From Polyangiales bacterium (lineage in GTDB: Bacteria > Myxococcota_A > Polyangia > Polyangiales > Polyangiaceae), in NCBI GenBank assembly GCA_038231275.1, contig JBBRLQ010000001.1:480001-544000 (forward strand): DNA of 64,000 nt, written 5' to 3'. The position numbers were made by a program, and so were the translations under genes. Numbering within the stretch: the stretch's first letter is position 1; the number at the start of each line of letters is the position of its first letter. Under the pieces are notes generated by a model that did no database searches, was not told the origin of the DNA, and saw only the letters and a program-made list of their open reading frames with translations. Positions 19,306 to 27,632 of the stretch are shown here, in pieces.

Positions 19306-19347
19306 AGGCGCCGGTCCGCGTTCGCGCGGCCGGCGCCTTTTTCTTTT
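19306..19347 (+). terminator. Intrinsic terminator between precursor and MNIO genes
   Basis: AGGCGCCGG...CCGGCGCCT stem followed by a T-tract. Confidence 0.85.
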
Positions 19348-19366
19348 GGTGCTAGGAGGTTTCCGC

Positions 19367-20269
19367 GTGGGCTACCGGCAGCGTCACGACATCCCCGATC
19401 TCGGCATAGGCGTCGGATTTCGCATCCCGCACTACGCGAAGATCCTCGACGAGACGCCGCCGATGGACTGGTTCGAGGTCATCAGCGAGAACTTCATGGT
19501 CCGCGGCGGCCGCCCGCTCGAGAACCTGGAGCGCCTCCTCGCCTCGTACCGCGTCGTGAACCACGGTGTCTCCATGTCGATCGGCGCGTCGACGCCGCTC
19601 GACGTCGACTACCTCGCGAAGCTCAAGGCGCTCATCGCCAAGGTGAAGCCGCCGTGGTGCTCCGATCACCTGTGCTGGGGTCAAGCGAGCAAGGTCGTCC
19701 TCCACGATCTCCTCCCGCTCCCGCAGACGAAGGCCACCGTCGACCACGTCGCCGAGCGCGTGAAGCGCGTGCAAGGCACGCTCGAGATCCCGTTCGCGCT
19801 CGAGAACGTGTCTTCGTACCTGACGTACAAGGAGAGCACGCTGACCGAGTGGGAGATGGTCTGCGAGGTCGCCGAGAAGGCCGACTGCGGGCTCCTCTTC
19901 GACGTGAACAACGTCTACGTCTCGTCGCGAAACCACGGGTTCGATCCGAACCTGTACGTCGACGCGGTGCCCGTCGATCGCGTCGTCCAAATCCACGTCG
20001 CCGGCCACACCGACAAGGGCAAGTACATCCTCGACACGCACAGCGACCACGTGCGCGAGGAGGTGTGGGATCTCTACCGTCGGGCGATCGCGCGGTGCGG
20101 CGCTGTGTCCACGCTCGTCGAGTGGGACGACGACATCCCGGAGTGGGACGTGCTCGCCAAAGAAGCAGAGATGGCGCGGACCGCGCGCGCGGAGGTGCTC
20201 GGCGGCGGCGCACCACCCGAAACGCAGGAGAGAGCGGACCGCGCGCGCGTCGGGGCATCGTGCGCGTGA
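19367..20269 (+). CDS. bufB: DUF692 multinuclear non-heme iron oxidative enzyme (MNIO, BufB-like)
   Basis: WFEVISENF, HGVSMSIG, SDHLCW, ENVSSY, DVNNVYV, IHVAGH, DTH and EWDDDIP motifs. Confidence 0.93.
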   Translation: MGYRQRHDIPDLGIGVGFRIPHYAKILDETPPMDWFEVISENFMVRGGRPLENLERLLASYRVVNHGVSMSIGASTPLDVDYLAKLKALIAKVKPPWCSDHLCWGQASKVVLHDLLPLPQTKATVDHVAERVKRVQGTLEIPFALENVSSYLTYKESTLTEWEMVCEVAEKADCGLLFDVNNVYVSSRNHGFDPNLYVDAVPVDRVVQIHVAGHTDKGKYILDTHSDHVREEVWDLYRRAIARCGAVSTLVEWDDDIPEWDVLAKEAEMARTARAEVLGGGAPPETQERADRARVGASCA

Positions 20270-21060
20270 TGGAGCTGCGTTCGCTTCAAGAGTTCATGGC
20301 CGACGTGCTGCAGAAGCCGCGGCCACTCGCCGAGCACGGCGAGCTCGCCGGCGCGACGCCGGGTGTCATTGCGGGGAACGAGCGTCTCTCGCCCGTCGAG
20401 CAGCTCGACATCTACCGCGAGCAATTCTGGCTGCGGCACACCGGCGCGCTCGAGGAGGACTACACGACACTCGTGCACGTGCTTGGGCACGAGGCGTTCC
20501 ACTCGATGTGTGCAGACTACATCGAAGCATTCCCGCCCGATTCGTGGAGCCTCCGCGATCTCGGCGCGAAGCTGCCCGAGTTTCTGGAGAAGACCGCGCA
20601 GTTCGCGGACGATCCGCTGATCATCGATCTCGCGCGCTACGAGTGGGCGTTCGTCGACGCGTTCGATGCGCCGTCGGCCCCGCCGCTCGACGCCGCCGCC
20701 ATCGCCGCCGCGAGCGAGGACGAGTGGAGCCGCGCGAAGCTCGATCTCGCGCCGAGCGTACAGCTCGTTCACGCACGCTTCCCCGTCGACGAGCTACGCG
20801 CGGAGGTCCAGAAGGGCGAATCGCCGGAGCGACCGCCTCCGAAGGACGTGCACCTCGTGGTCTGGCGCGGCCCCGACGCAATGAAGTACCTCGACGTCGA
20901 GCCCGCCGCGCTGGCGTTGCTGCAGCGCCTCGCGAGGGGCGAACCTCTCGCGACTGCCTGCGAAGCGATCGCCGCCGAAGAGCCCGCGATCGAAGAGAAG
21001 GTCGGCGCGTGGTTCCAGCAGTGGTCGCAGCTGGGCTGGATCGCGCGCGTCGTCTTCTGA
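20269..21060 (+). CDS. bufC: DUF2063 / HvfC-BufC MNIO partner protein
   Basis: EQLDIYREQFWLR..ALEEDY and DLARYEWA motifs; coupled to the DUF692 stop. Confidence 0.88.
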   Translation: MELRSLQEFMADVLQKPRPLAEHGELAGATPGVIAGNERLSPVEQLDIYREQFWLRHTGALEEDYTTLVHVLGHEAFHSMCADYIEAFPPDSWSLRDLGAKLPEFLEKTAQFADDPLIIDLARYEWAFVDAFDAPSAPPLDAAAIAAASEDEWSRAKLDLAPSVQLVHARFPVDELRAEVQKGESPERPPPKDVHLVVWRGPDAMKYLDVEPAALALLQRLARGEPLATACEAIAAEEPAIEEKVGAWFQQWSQLGWIARVVF

Positions 21061-21073
21061 GCGACGCGATCGC

Positions 21074-21712
21074 TCAGTTCTTCGGCGGTGGCTGCGCTCC
21101 GCCCTTGCCGACCTGGCCGGTCTTCGGGTGGAAGTTGAACGGGTAGTGCGTGCGCGTCTCGAAGCCCTTCGCGCTCTTCGCGAACTTCACCTTCTTGATG
21201 ATCGCGGCGATGCACGACGAGACGCCTGCGTCGTGGATCGTCGACTTCGTGCTGTCCTCGCCGGCCTCGGTGACGTTCCCTTCGGGATCGATCGTCCACT
21301 TGATGTCGAGGTCGCCTTCGATCGACGGGTTCTTCTTCAGCCCCTCGTCGTAGCAAGCGCGCGCCTCGTCCCTGCGCGCGGCGATGATGGCCTGGATGTC
21401 CTCGCGGCCACGGCCGGGCTCGGCACCCTTCTTGGGCTCGTCGGCCTTGGGGGGCGGTGTGCCCGTCGCGGGGAGCTTCGTCCCGGGCTCGTTGCCGGTG
21501 AGCGTCGCCGTCGTGGTGGTCGGCGGGCTCGACGCGGGTTCGGTGGCGGGCGCCGTGGACGTCGGTGACGCGCCGGCGCCGAGCGATTCAGGGGTCTTGG
21601 CGTCCGGCGACTTTCCGCCGCAGGCGCCGACCGCCACGACGAGCGTGGCCGCGGACACGAGGGAGAAGAAGGAGGAGAGGGGAGCGGACAGGCCTGAGTT
21701 CCTCGCGCGCAT
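21074..21712 (-). CDS. Lipoprotein with AgmX/PglI-type (TonB-C-like) C-terminal domain
   Basis: Lipobox VGAC; Pro/Thr linker; RACYDEGLKKNPSIEGDLDIKWTIDPEG...YPFNF. Confidence 0.82.
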   Translation of the reverse strand: MRARNSGLSAPLSSFFSLVSAATLVVAVGACGGKSPDAKTPESLGAGASPTSTAPATEPASSPPTTTTATLTGNEPGTKLPATGTPPPKADEPKKGAEPGRGREDIQAIIAARRDEARACYDEGLKKNPSIEGDLDIKWTIDPEGNVTEAGEDSTKSTIHDAGVSSCIAAIIKKVKFAKSAKGFETRTHYPFNFHPKTGQVGKGGAQPPPKN

Positions 21713-21773
21713 AGGGAAAACGTAGCCCAGACTCGACGATGGGGGGGCGAAATGCTTCAGTGAAAGCGGACCC

Positions 21774-23564
21774 GTGTCTACCGGCGAGCCCCCCCTCAAC
21801 GATCTGGCGCCCGCCCTCGGCGAGGCGGCCACGGCGTCCTCGGCGGCGTCGGCATCCCCGCCGACGGCGAGCGGTGAGCAGGGCGAGGCGATCGCGCCGA
21901 GGACCCTCGGCCGTGCGGGCGGCTACGAGCTCCTGATCGAAATCGCGTCGGGCGGCATGGCGACGGTCTACTTGGGACGCGCCGTGGACGGGCGAGAGGG
22001 GGCGGTGCTCGTCGCCGTCAAGCGGCCGCACAAGCACCTCGCCACCGACAAGGTCTTCATGTCGATGCTCCTCGACGAGGCACGCCTCGCCTCGGCGATC
22101 GATCACGAGAACGTCGTGAAGGTGCGCGAGCTCGGTTTCGAGCTGGGCGAGCCGTTCATCGTCATGGACTACGTCGAGGGCGCGTCGCTCGCCGATCTGC
22201 GCAAGGAGCTCGCGACCGCCGAGCGCGCCGTCGACGCGCGCGTGGCCGTGCGCATCATCCTCGACGCGCTCGCCGGCCTCGTCGCCGCGCACGAGCTCCG
22301 CGACGACAGCGGTCGCCACCTCGGGATCATCCACCGCGACGTGTCGCCGCACAACGTCCTCGTCGGCTGCGACGGCCACGGCCGCCTCACCGACTTCGGC
22401 ATCGCCAAGGCCGAGGATCGTGTGCAAACTACACGTACCCACGAGGTGAAGGGCAAGCTCGCCTACCTGGCGCCCGAGCGCATCGACAAGCGGCGCATGT
22501 GCACGGTGCAGAGCGACGTCTTCTCGATGGCGGTGGTGCTCTGGGAGTGCATCGCCGGTCGCCGCCTGTTCCGCGGCGAAGAGGCGGTCGACACGCTGCA
22601 AGAGGTGATGAACGCGCAGATCCCGCGCTTGCGACGCCTCGGCGCGCGCATTCCGGTCGCGCTCGACGACGTCATCGCGCGCGGCCTCTCGCGTGACCTC
22701 GAGACGAGGTACCTGACGGCGCGCGACTTCGCCGAGGCGATCGAGCGCGCCGCGGGGCGCCAGAACATCGCGTCGTGGACCGAGACGGCGAACGTCATCG
22801 AGACGGTCTTCGGCCCGCGCATGCGCGTCCGCCACGACAAGATCCGCTCGAGCCTGCCCGGGCGCGACGCCGACGTCATCATTTCGCAGTCGGGCCTCCC
22901 GTCGCGTGAGCCACCGACCGAGGAGATGCGCCTCTCGATCCCCGAGGTGCTCGCGCAGATCGCGCCGCCGGCGCCGAGCGCGCGGTACACGTTCGGCAAC
23001 AACGACTACGCGGCGAAGCTCTTCCCGAGGAAGCCCCCGTGGGGGATCATGGCGGGGATCGGTGGCGGCATCGCGCTTGGGGCGATCATCATGTTCACGC
23101 TGGTGCCGCGTCGCGCGGCCGTGCCGGTGACGACGACGCCGTCGGCCGCGGTCACCACAGCCGCAAAAGTGCGGCACGTGAAGGTGGCGCTTCCGTTCGT
23201 GGCCACGCTCGTGACGCTCGACGACACCGCGCGCGAGCTCGATCCGGCGGCCGATGCCGTCGAATTCGACGTGCTGGCCGAGCGACCGACGCGCCATCGT
23301 GTCATCGCCGTCGCGCTCGACGGGACGCGCGCCGAGGGCTGGGTGCGTGAGGTCGACGGCGTCGCGTTGATCGACGAGGACGGGTACACCTTCGAGAGCC
23401 CCGATCTGCCGAGCGTCGCGCAGGCGCAACCGCCTCCCGCGCCCGCCGCCGCGCGAGGGACCGGGACCGCGCGCAACGGGCCCGGAGGGAAGAAGCCGCC
23501 GCCGCCCGCCGCGCCGCCGCCGCCCGCCGGGACGACGAAGAACGGCTTCACGAAGCTGAAATGA
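21774..23564 (+). CDS. Ser/Thr protein kinase (membrane-anchored)
   Basis: IASGGMATVY, VAVK, HRDVSPHN, DFGIAK and YLAPE motifs; TM segment. Confidence 0.95.
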   Translation: MSTGEPPLNDLAPALGEAATASSAASASPPTASGEQGEAIAPRTLGRAGGYELLIEIASGGMATVYLGRAVDGREGAVLVAVKRPHKHLATDKVFMSMLLDEARLASAIDHENVVKVRELGFELGEPFIVMDYVEGASLADLRKELATAERAVDARVAVRIILDALAGLVAAHELRDDSGRHLGIIHRDVSPHNVLVGCDGHGRLTDFGIAKAEDRVQTTRTHEVKGKLAYLAPERIDKRRMCTVQSDVFSMAVVLWECIAGRRLFRGEEAVDTLQEVMNAQIPRLRRLGARIPVALDDVIARGLSRDLETRYLTARDFAEAIERAAGRQNIASWTETANVIETVFGPRMRVRHDKIRSSLPGRDADVIISQSGLPSREPPTEEMRLSIPEVLAQIAPPAPSARYTFGNNDYAAKLFPRKPPWGIMAGIGGGIALGAIIMFTLVPRRAAVPVTTTPSAAVTTAAKVRHVKVALPFVATLVTLDDTARELDPAADAVEFDVLAERPTRHRVIAVALDGTRAEGWVREVDGVALIDEDGYTFESPDLPSVAQAQPPPAPAAARGTGTARNGPGGKKPPPPAAPPPPAGTTKNGFTKLK

Positions 23565-24055
23565 AGGCGTCCCGCGTGACGGTCGCGCTCCGCGTGGGCA
23601 CGGCGTCGGCCTTCGCCCTCACGGCCGCGCTCATCGCGTGGGCCTGCAACGGCGACATTCCCGTCGATCCAACCTGCGTCGCGATCCCCGACGGCGGGTG
23701 CCCCTCGTCGTTCGGAAACGCGTGCGAAGATCCGACGTGCGCGACCGTCTATGCGTGCACGACCGCCGGTTGGTCCTTCGTGCGCGCGTGTCCGGCGCGC
23801 GAGGCCGGTGCCGACTCCTCGAGCGACGACGGCGCGAGCCACGACGCGCAGGCGATTCGAGACGTTCAGATCGACGTCCCCGGCGCCGGCGGCGGCCCCG
23901 GTTGCCAAGATCTCCAGCTCCCGGACTGCCCGCTCGCCCTCGCGGTCTCCTGCCCCAGCGGATGCTGCGGCTGCGAAGATCTCTTCGTGTGCGCCAATGG
24001 AGGCTGGAGCGACTGGGGCATTTGCGGCGACGGCGGAACGATCACGCCGCGCTGA
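23561..24055 (+). CDS. Cys-rich lipoprotein
   Basis: Lipobox AWAC; two small Cys-rich modules; ATGA overlap with the kinase. Confidence 0.75.
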   Translation: MKASRVTVALRVGTASAFALTAALIAWACNGDIPVDPTCVAIPDGGCPSSFGNACEDPTCATVYACTTAGWSFVRACPAREAGADSSSDDGASHDAQAIRDVQIDVPGAGGGPGCQDLQLPDCPLALAVSCPSGCCGCEDLFVCANGGWSDWGICGDGGTITPR

Positions 24056-24082
24056 TGTCCCTCGCGACGATGACGGCGGCCT

Positions 24083-24658
24083 TCAGCTCGCCTTCAAGAA
24101 CGGCTCCCACTCCTTGAACTTGGAGCCGGTGCCGAGGAGGATCTGCGCGGTCATCGACCACTTCGGACGGAACGGCCGGCGGGCGAGGTTCATGTTCGCC
24201 TCTTCCGGCGTCTTCCAGCCCTTCCGCAAGTTGCAGACGCGGCACGCCGTCACGAGGTTCTCCCACGTGTCGGCGCCGCCGCGCGAGCGGGGCATCACGT
24301 GGTCGATGTTGAGCTCGCGGAGCGGAGGCCGCTTCCCGCAGTACTGGCACGTGTGCGCGTCGCGGAACATGAGGTTGCGTCGCGTCAGGCGTACCGTGAC
24401 GCGCGGGGTGCGGTCGTAACGGTGCAGATGCAGGACCCGAGGCACGCGGAGGCCGCCGCCCACGATCGTGACCAGATCGTCGTGGTCGCGGACCGGCAAG
24501 GTGCGCCACAGGTCGAAGTCGTGCGGCTCGCCCTCTTCGTCCAGCGCGTTTGCCGCCCCGCCGTAGAGGAGCACGAACGCACGTTTGGCCGTCGTAACCT
24601 GTACGGGCTGGAAGTAGCGATTCAGGATTAGTACGGGCAAGCTGAGCACGTCAGTCAT
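24083..24658 (-). CDS. HNH endonuclease (McrA-like)
   Basis: RDAHTCQYCG, IDHVMPRSRGG and WENLVTACRVCNLRKG motifs. Confidence 0.92.
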   Translation of the reverse strand: MTDVLSLPVLILNRYFQPVQVTTAKRAFVLLYGGAANALDEEGEPHDFDLWRTLPVRDHDDLVTIVGGGLRVPRVLHLHRYDRTPRVTVRLTRRNLMFRDAHTCQYCGKRPPLRELNIDHVMPRSRGGADTWENLVTACRVCNLRKGWKTPEEANMNLARRPFRPKWSMTAQILLGTGSKFKEWEPFLKAS

Positions 24659-24726
24659 CGCGCTTTCCAAATGATAGCACGCCAGGTGTGCCCTCCAACT
24701 TCCGCGCCAACACGGCCACGCCTACA

Positions 24727-24754
24727 TTGACCTGGGTGAATGTAGGGCTAAAAT
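24727..24754 (+). promoter_or_regulatory. Sigma-70 promoter of ccmE (likely leaderless)
   Basis: TTGACC-N16-TAAAAT, 7 nt before the GTG start. Confidence 0.55.
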
Positions 24755-24761
24755 TGAGCCC

Positions 24762-25328
24762 GTGAGCGAACCCGACAAGCCCAAGGGCGACGACGACGAC
24801 GGACTCGAGGTACCGGTGCGACGACGCCGGCGCGGCGAGTCGGCCGAGGAGTCGCAGCAGGCGTCGCGTCGCGGCATGCTCATCCTGATTCCGCTCGTCA
24901 TGATCGGCGCGGGGCTCGTCTTCTTCGTCCTGACCGGGATGAAGGACCAGGCCATCTACTCGAAGCCGGTCGACGAGCTCGTCGCGAACAGGGCGCGCTT
25001 CGCCGGGCGCCAGGTCATGGCCGAGGGGAACCTCGTGCACGGCACCATCGTGAAGCGCGAGTCGCCGTGCGAGTACCGCTTCACGATCGAGAAGGGCGGC
25101 ACGCAGGTGCCTGTGCGGTTCCCGCAGTGCGTCGTTCCGGACACGTTTCGCGACATGCCGGGCCAGGACGTGGGCGTGACCGTCGAAGGCGAGCTCCTCG
25201 CGGACAACTCGTTCTTGGCGACCAAGGTGCTGGCCAAGTGCCCGAGCAAGTACGAAATGAAGGAGCAGGCCGCGAAGGGCGTGAAGATGCCCCATCCGGC
25301 GATGGAGCCTCCGCAGACGTTGCAGTAA
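24762..25328 (+). CDS. ccmE: Cytochrome c maturation heme chaperone CcmE (CxxxY variant)
   Basis: N-terminal TM; VPDTFR, VTVEG and VLAKCPSKY motifs. Confidence 0.88.
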   Translation: MSEPDKPKGDDDDGLEVPVRRRRRGESAEESQQASRRGMLILIPLVMIGAGLVFFVLTGMKDQAIYSKPVDELVANRARFAGRQVMAEGNLVHGTIVKRESPCEYRFTIEKGGTQVPVRFPQCVVPDTFRDMPGQDVGVTVEGELLADNSFLATKVLAKCPSKYEMKEQAAKGVKMPHPAMEPPQTLQ

Positions 25329-25338
25329 CCTCGCGGTC

Positions 25339-25947
25339 GTGGAGTCAGCCGCCGTAGGTTGGATCGCGCAGTACGCCGCGCAGCGCGGGCTCCGCTATGA
25401 GCCCGACGCCGACGAGCGTTGGCTGCGGGCGTGGGAGCCGTACACGACGCTGAAGACGCCGGTGCGCTACGAGCACGCGCTCTACGCGACCGGTTCGGGA
25501 GGATCGCTGACGCTCGCGCGCTTCTCGGTGCCGACGCAGGTGATGGCGCCGAGCGGCGGCGTCGCGGAGGTGGAGGCGAGCGCGTGGATTTGCATCGCGC
25601 AGGACGTACGCATCGCGGCCGCCGCAGCGACGACGAACGATCCCGGCCGCATCTTCGCGGAGAACATCGATCTCGTGACGATGCCGCGACGGCCCACCGG
25701 TGACGCCGCGTTCGATCGATCGTTTGCGACCTTCGCGCCGACGCCGGACGATCTGACGACGGGGATCACGCCAAGCCTGCGCAAGCTCCTCTTGTCGTGG
25801 AGCGTGCCGGTGCATGCGGAAATTCGGAAGGGCGGATTCGTCCTCGCGCCAGTGTCACTCGGCGCGGATCCGAACAGCCTCAGTTGGCTGGCGCGCGCCG
25901 CGCACGTGTTCGGCGACAAGGCCTCGAAGCTCACCAGACAGGTGTGA
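25339..25947 (+). CDS. Hypothetical protein
   Basis: In operon-like arrangement; host-like codon usage. Confidence 0.7.
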   Translation: MESAAVGWIAQYAAQRGLRYEPDADERWLRAWEPYTTLKTPVRYEHALYATGSGGSLTLARFSVPTQVMAPSGGVAEVEASAWICIAQDVRIAAAAATTNDPGRIFAENIDLVTMPRRPTGDAAFDRSFATFAPTPDDLTTGITPSLRKLLLSWSVPVHAEIRKGGFVLAPVSLGADPNSLSWLARAAHVFGDKASKLTRQV

Positions 25948-25963
25948 TACCGTGGTCACCAAA

Positions 25964-26881
25964 ATGCGGCTCGGACGGCACCTCCTCACGCTCGCGCTCC
26001 TCGGCACGGTGGTCGCGGTTCCCGCGATCGCGCAGTCCCAGCCCGGCAGCGTGACCTCGTACCCGGAGTGCACCGCAAAGCCGTCGGTCGACGACAGCGA
26101 GGCCGCGAGGAACGCGTACCTCTTCGGCAAGCGCAAGTACGACGAGGCGGAGTACGCGACCGCGGTCAACTACTTCAAGGACGCGTACAAGACCGACTGC
26201 ACGAAGCACGAGATCCTGATCATCATCTCGCGGTCGTACGAGCTCTCGGGCAACAAGACCGAAGCGGTGAACGCGCTCGAGACGTACCTGAAGCGCGTGC
26301 CGAACGCGCAGGACGCCGACGTGCAGCGCAAGCGCATCGCGAACCTCAAGGCGCAGACCGCGCCGCCGGCCACGACCACGACCCCGACGGCGCCCGCGAC
26401 CTCGACGACGACTGCACCGACCGCGACGACCGCACCGAGCGCGACGACGACCGCAGCGTCCGCGGGTACGGACTCGCCGCCCGCGGAAGCGCCGCGGAGC
26501 ATCGCGCCGTGGATCCTCGTCGGCGCAGGAGCGGTCGTGCTGGCCACCGGCGTCGTGCTTGTGATCGTCGGCGCGGGCAACGTGAGTTCAGCGCACGACG
26601 CTTTGAAGAAGGACGGCTGTGACCTGAACAACCCGGCTACGAAGTGCACTGTCCCTAATAGTGCGGCAGACGTATCGACACAGAACGACAAGCTCTCTTC
26701 TGGGAAAACCTCCGAGACGATCGGCGGGGTCGGGATCGGCGTGGGAGCCGCGGCGGTCGTCGGCGGGCTCGTGTGGCACTTCGCGTTCGACAAGCCTCGG
26801 CCCGCCGAGAAAGCCGCGACGATGCTTCATCCCGTCGTCGCTCCCGGGTACGCGGGGCTCGGCCTCGGCGGCAGCTTCTGA
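25964..26881 (+). CDS. Secreted TPR protein with C-terminal hydrophobic/beta-signal region
   Basis: Signal peptide; TPR (GKRKYDEAEYATAVNYFKDAY); Thr-rich linker; ends GLGLGGSF. Confidence 0.82.
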   Translation: MRLGRHLLTLALLGTVVAVPAIAQSQPGSVTSYPECTAKPSVDDSEAARNAYLFGKRKYDEAEYATAVNYFKDAYKTDCTKHEILIIISRSYELSGNKTEAVNALETYLKRVPNAQDADVQRKRIANLKAQTAPPATTTTPTAPATSTTTAPTATTAPSATTTAASAGTDSPPAEAPRSIAPWILVGAGAVVLATGVVLVIVGAGNVSSAHDALKKDGCDLNNPATKCTVPNSAADVSTQNDKLSSGKTSETIGGVGIGVGAAAVVGGLVWHFAFDKPRPAEKAATMLHPVVAPGYAGLGLGGSF

Positions 26882-26888
26882 GGCGAAG

Positions 26889-27587
26889 GTGGCGGGGCCT
26901 CCGTCCGACGGTCCGCGCTACGTCGCGCGGCTGACCTCGCGAACGGCGGGACGACCGCTCGTGCCGGTTACCCTCGCGCTCGGGGCAGACGTCCTTCGTT
27001 CCCACGTGATGCCCGGGCAATACGTGTCGATCGTCGTCGCCGGCGAGAACGGCTACTTCGTCATCGCCAGCCCGGTCGGCGCGCGCGACTGGTGCATTCT
27101 AGTCAAAGGGGGCGGCACCGTCGCCGACGCGCTCCTCGCCGAGTCGCTTGGGGCCGAGTTCTCGGTCAGCGCCGCGCTCGGACGTGGCTTTCCGTGCGAG
27201 GAAGCGCGCGGGCGTCCGCTCGTGGTGGTCGCCGCGGGCACCGGCATCGCGGCGGCCATTCCGATCGCGGCGCGGCGCATCGCGGACGGCGACGCGGCGC
27301 GCACGCACCTGTTCCTCGGCCTTCGCAACGCGGTGGACCTGCCGTGTCCCGAGGAGCTCGACGTCTGGCGTGGCGCGGGCGTCGTCGTGCTCTTGTGCCT
27401 CTCGCGCGAGGACGGCGACGGCGTCAATAGTGTGCCGGGGTACGTTCAGGACGTCGCGCGCGAACGCGTCGCGAAGGCCGAAGGGACGATGATCTTCGCC
27501 GTCGGACCGTCAGCGATGGTCGACGCGGCCCGCGCGCTCGCGCCTCGGCTCGGCGCGTCCGAGGCGGATTTGCGCACGAACTACTGA
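26889..27587 (+). CDS. FAD/NAD(P)-binding oxidoreductase (FNR-like)
   Basis: PGQYV, AAGTGIA, GYVQD and FAVGP..MV motifs. Confidence 0.82.
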   Translation: MAGPPSDGPRYVARLTSRTAGRPLVPVTLALGADVLRSHVMPGQYVSIVVAGENGYFVIASPVGARDWCILVKGGGTVADALLAESLGAEFSVSAALGRGFPCEEARGRPLVVVAAGTGIAAAIPIAARRIADGDAARTHLFLGLRNAVDLPCPEELDVWRGAGVVVLLCLSREDGDGVNSVPGYVQDVARERVAKAEGTMIFAVGPSAMVDAARALAPRLGASEADLRTNY

Positions 27588-27632
27588 CCGATACGGTTCC
27601 ATCCGCCCCGCGCGCCGCGTACCCTTCGGAGT

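Noticed and set aside
24083-24658. HNH nuclease as part of a defence or mobile element
   Set aside because: Common stand-alone McrA-like type with no methylase, ATPase or phage genes adjacent.
26585-26707. DGR variable repeat
   Set aside because: No template repeat or reverse transcriptase in the window, and the anomaly is at third codon positions.
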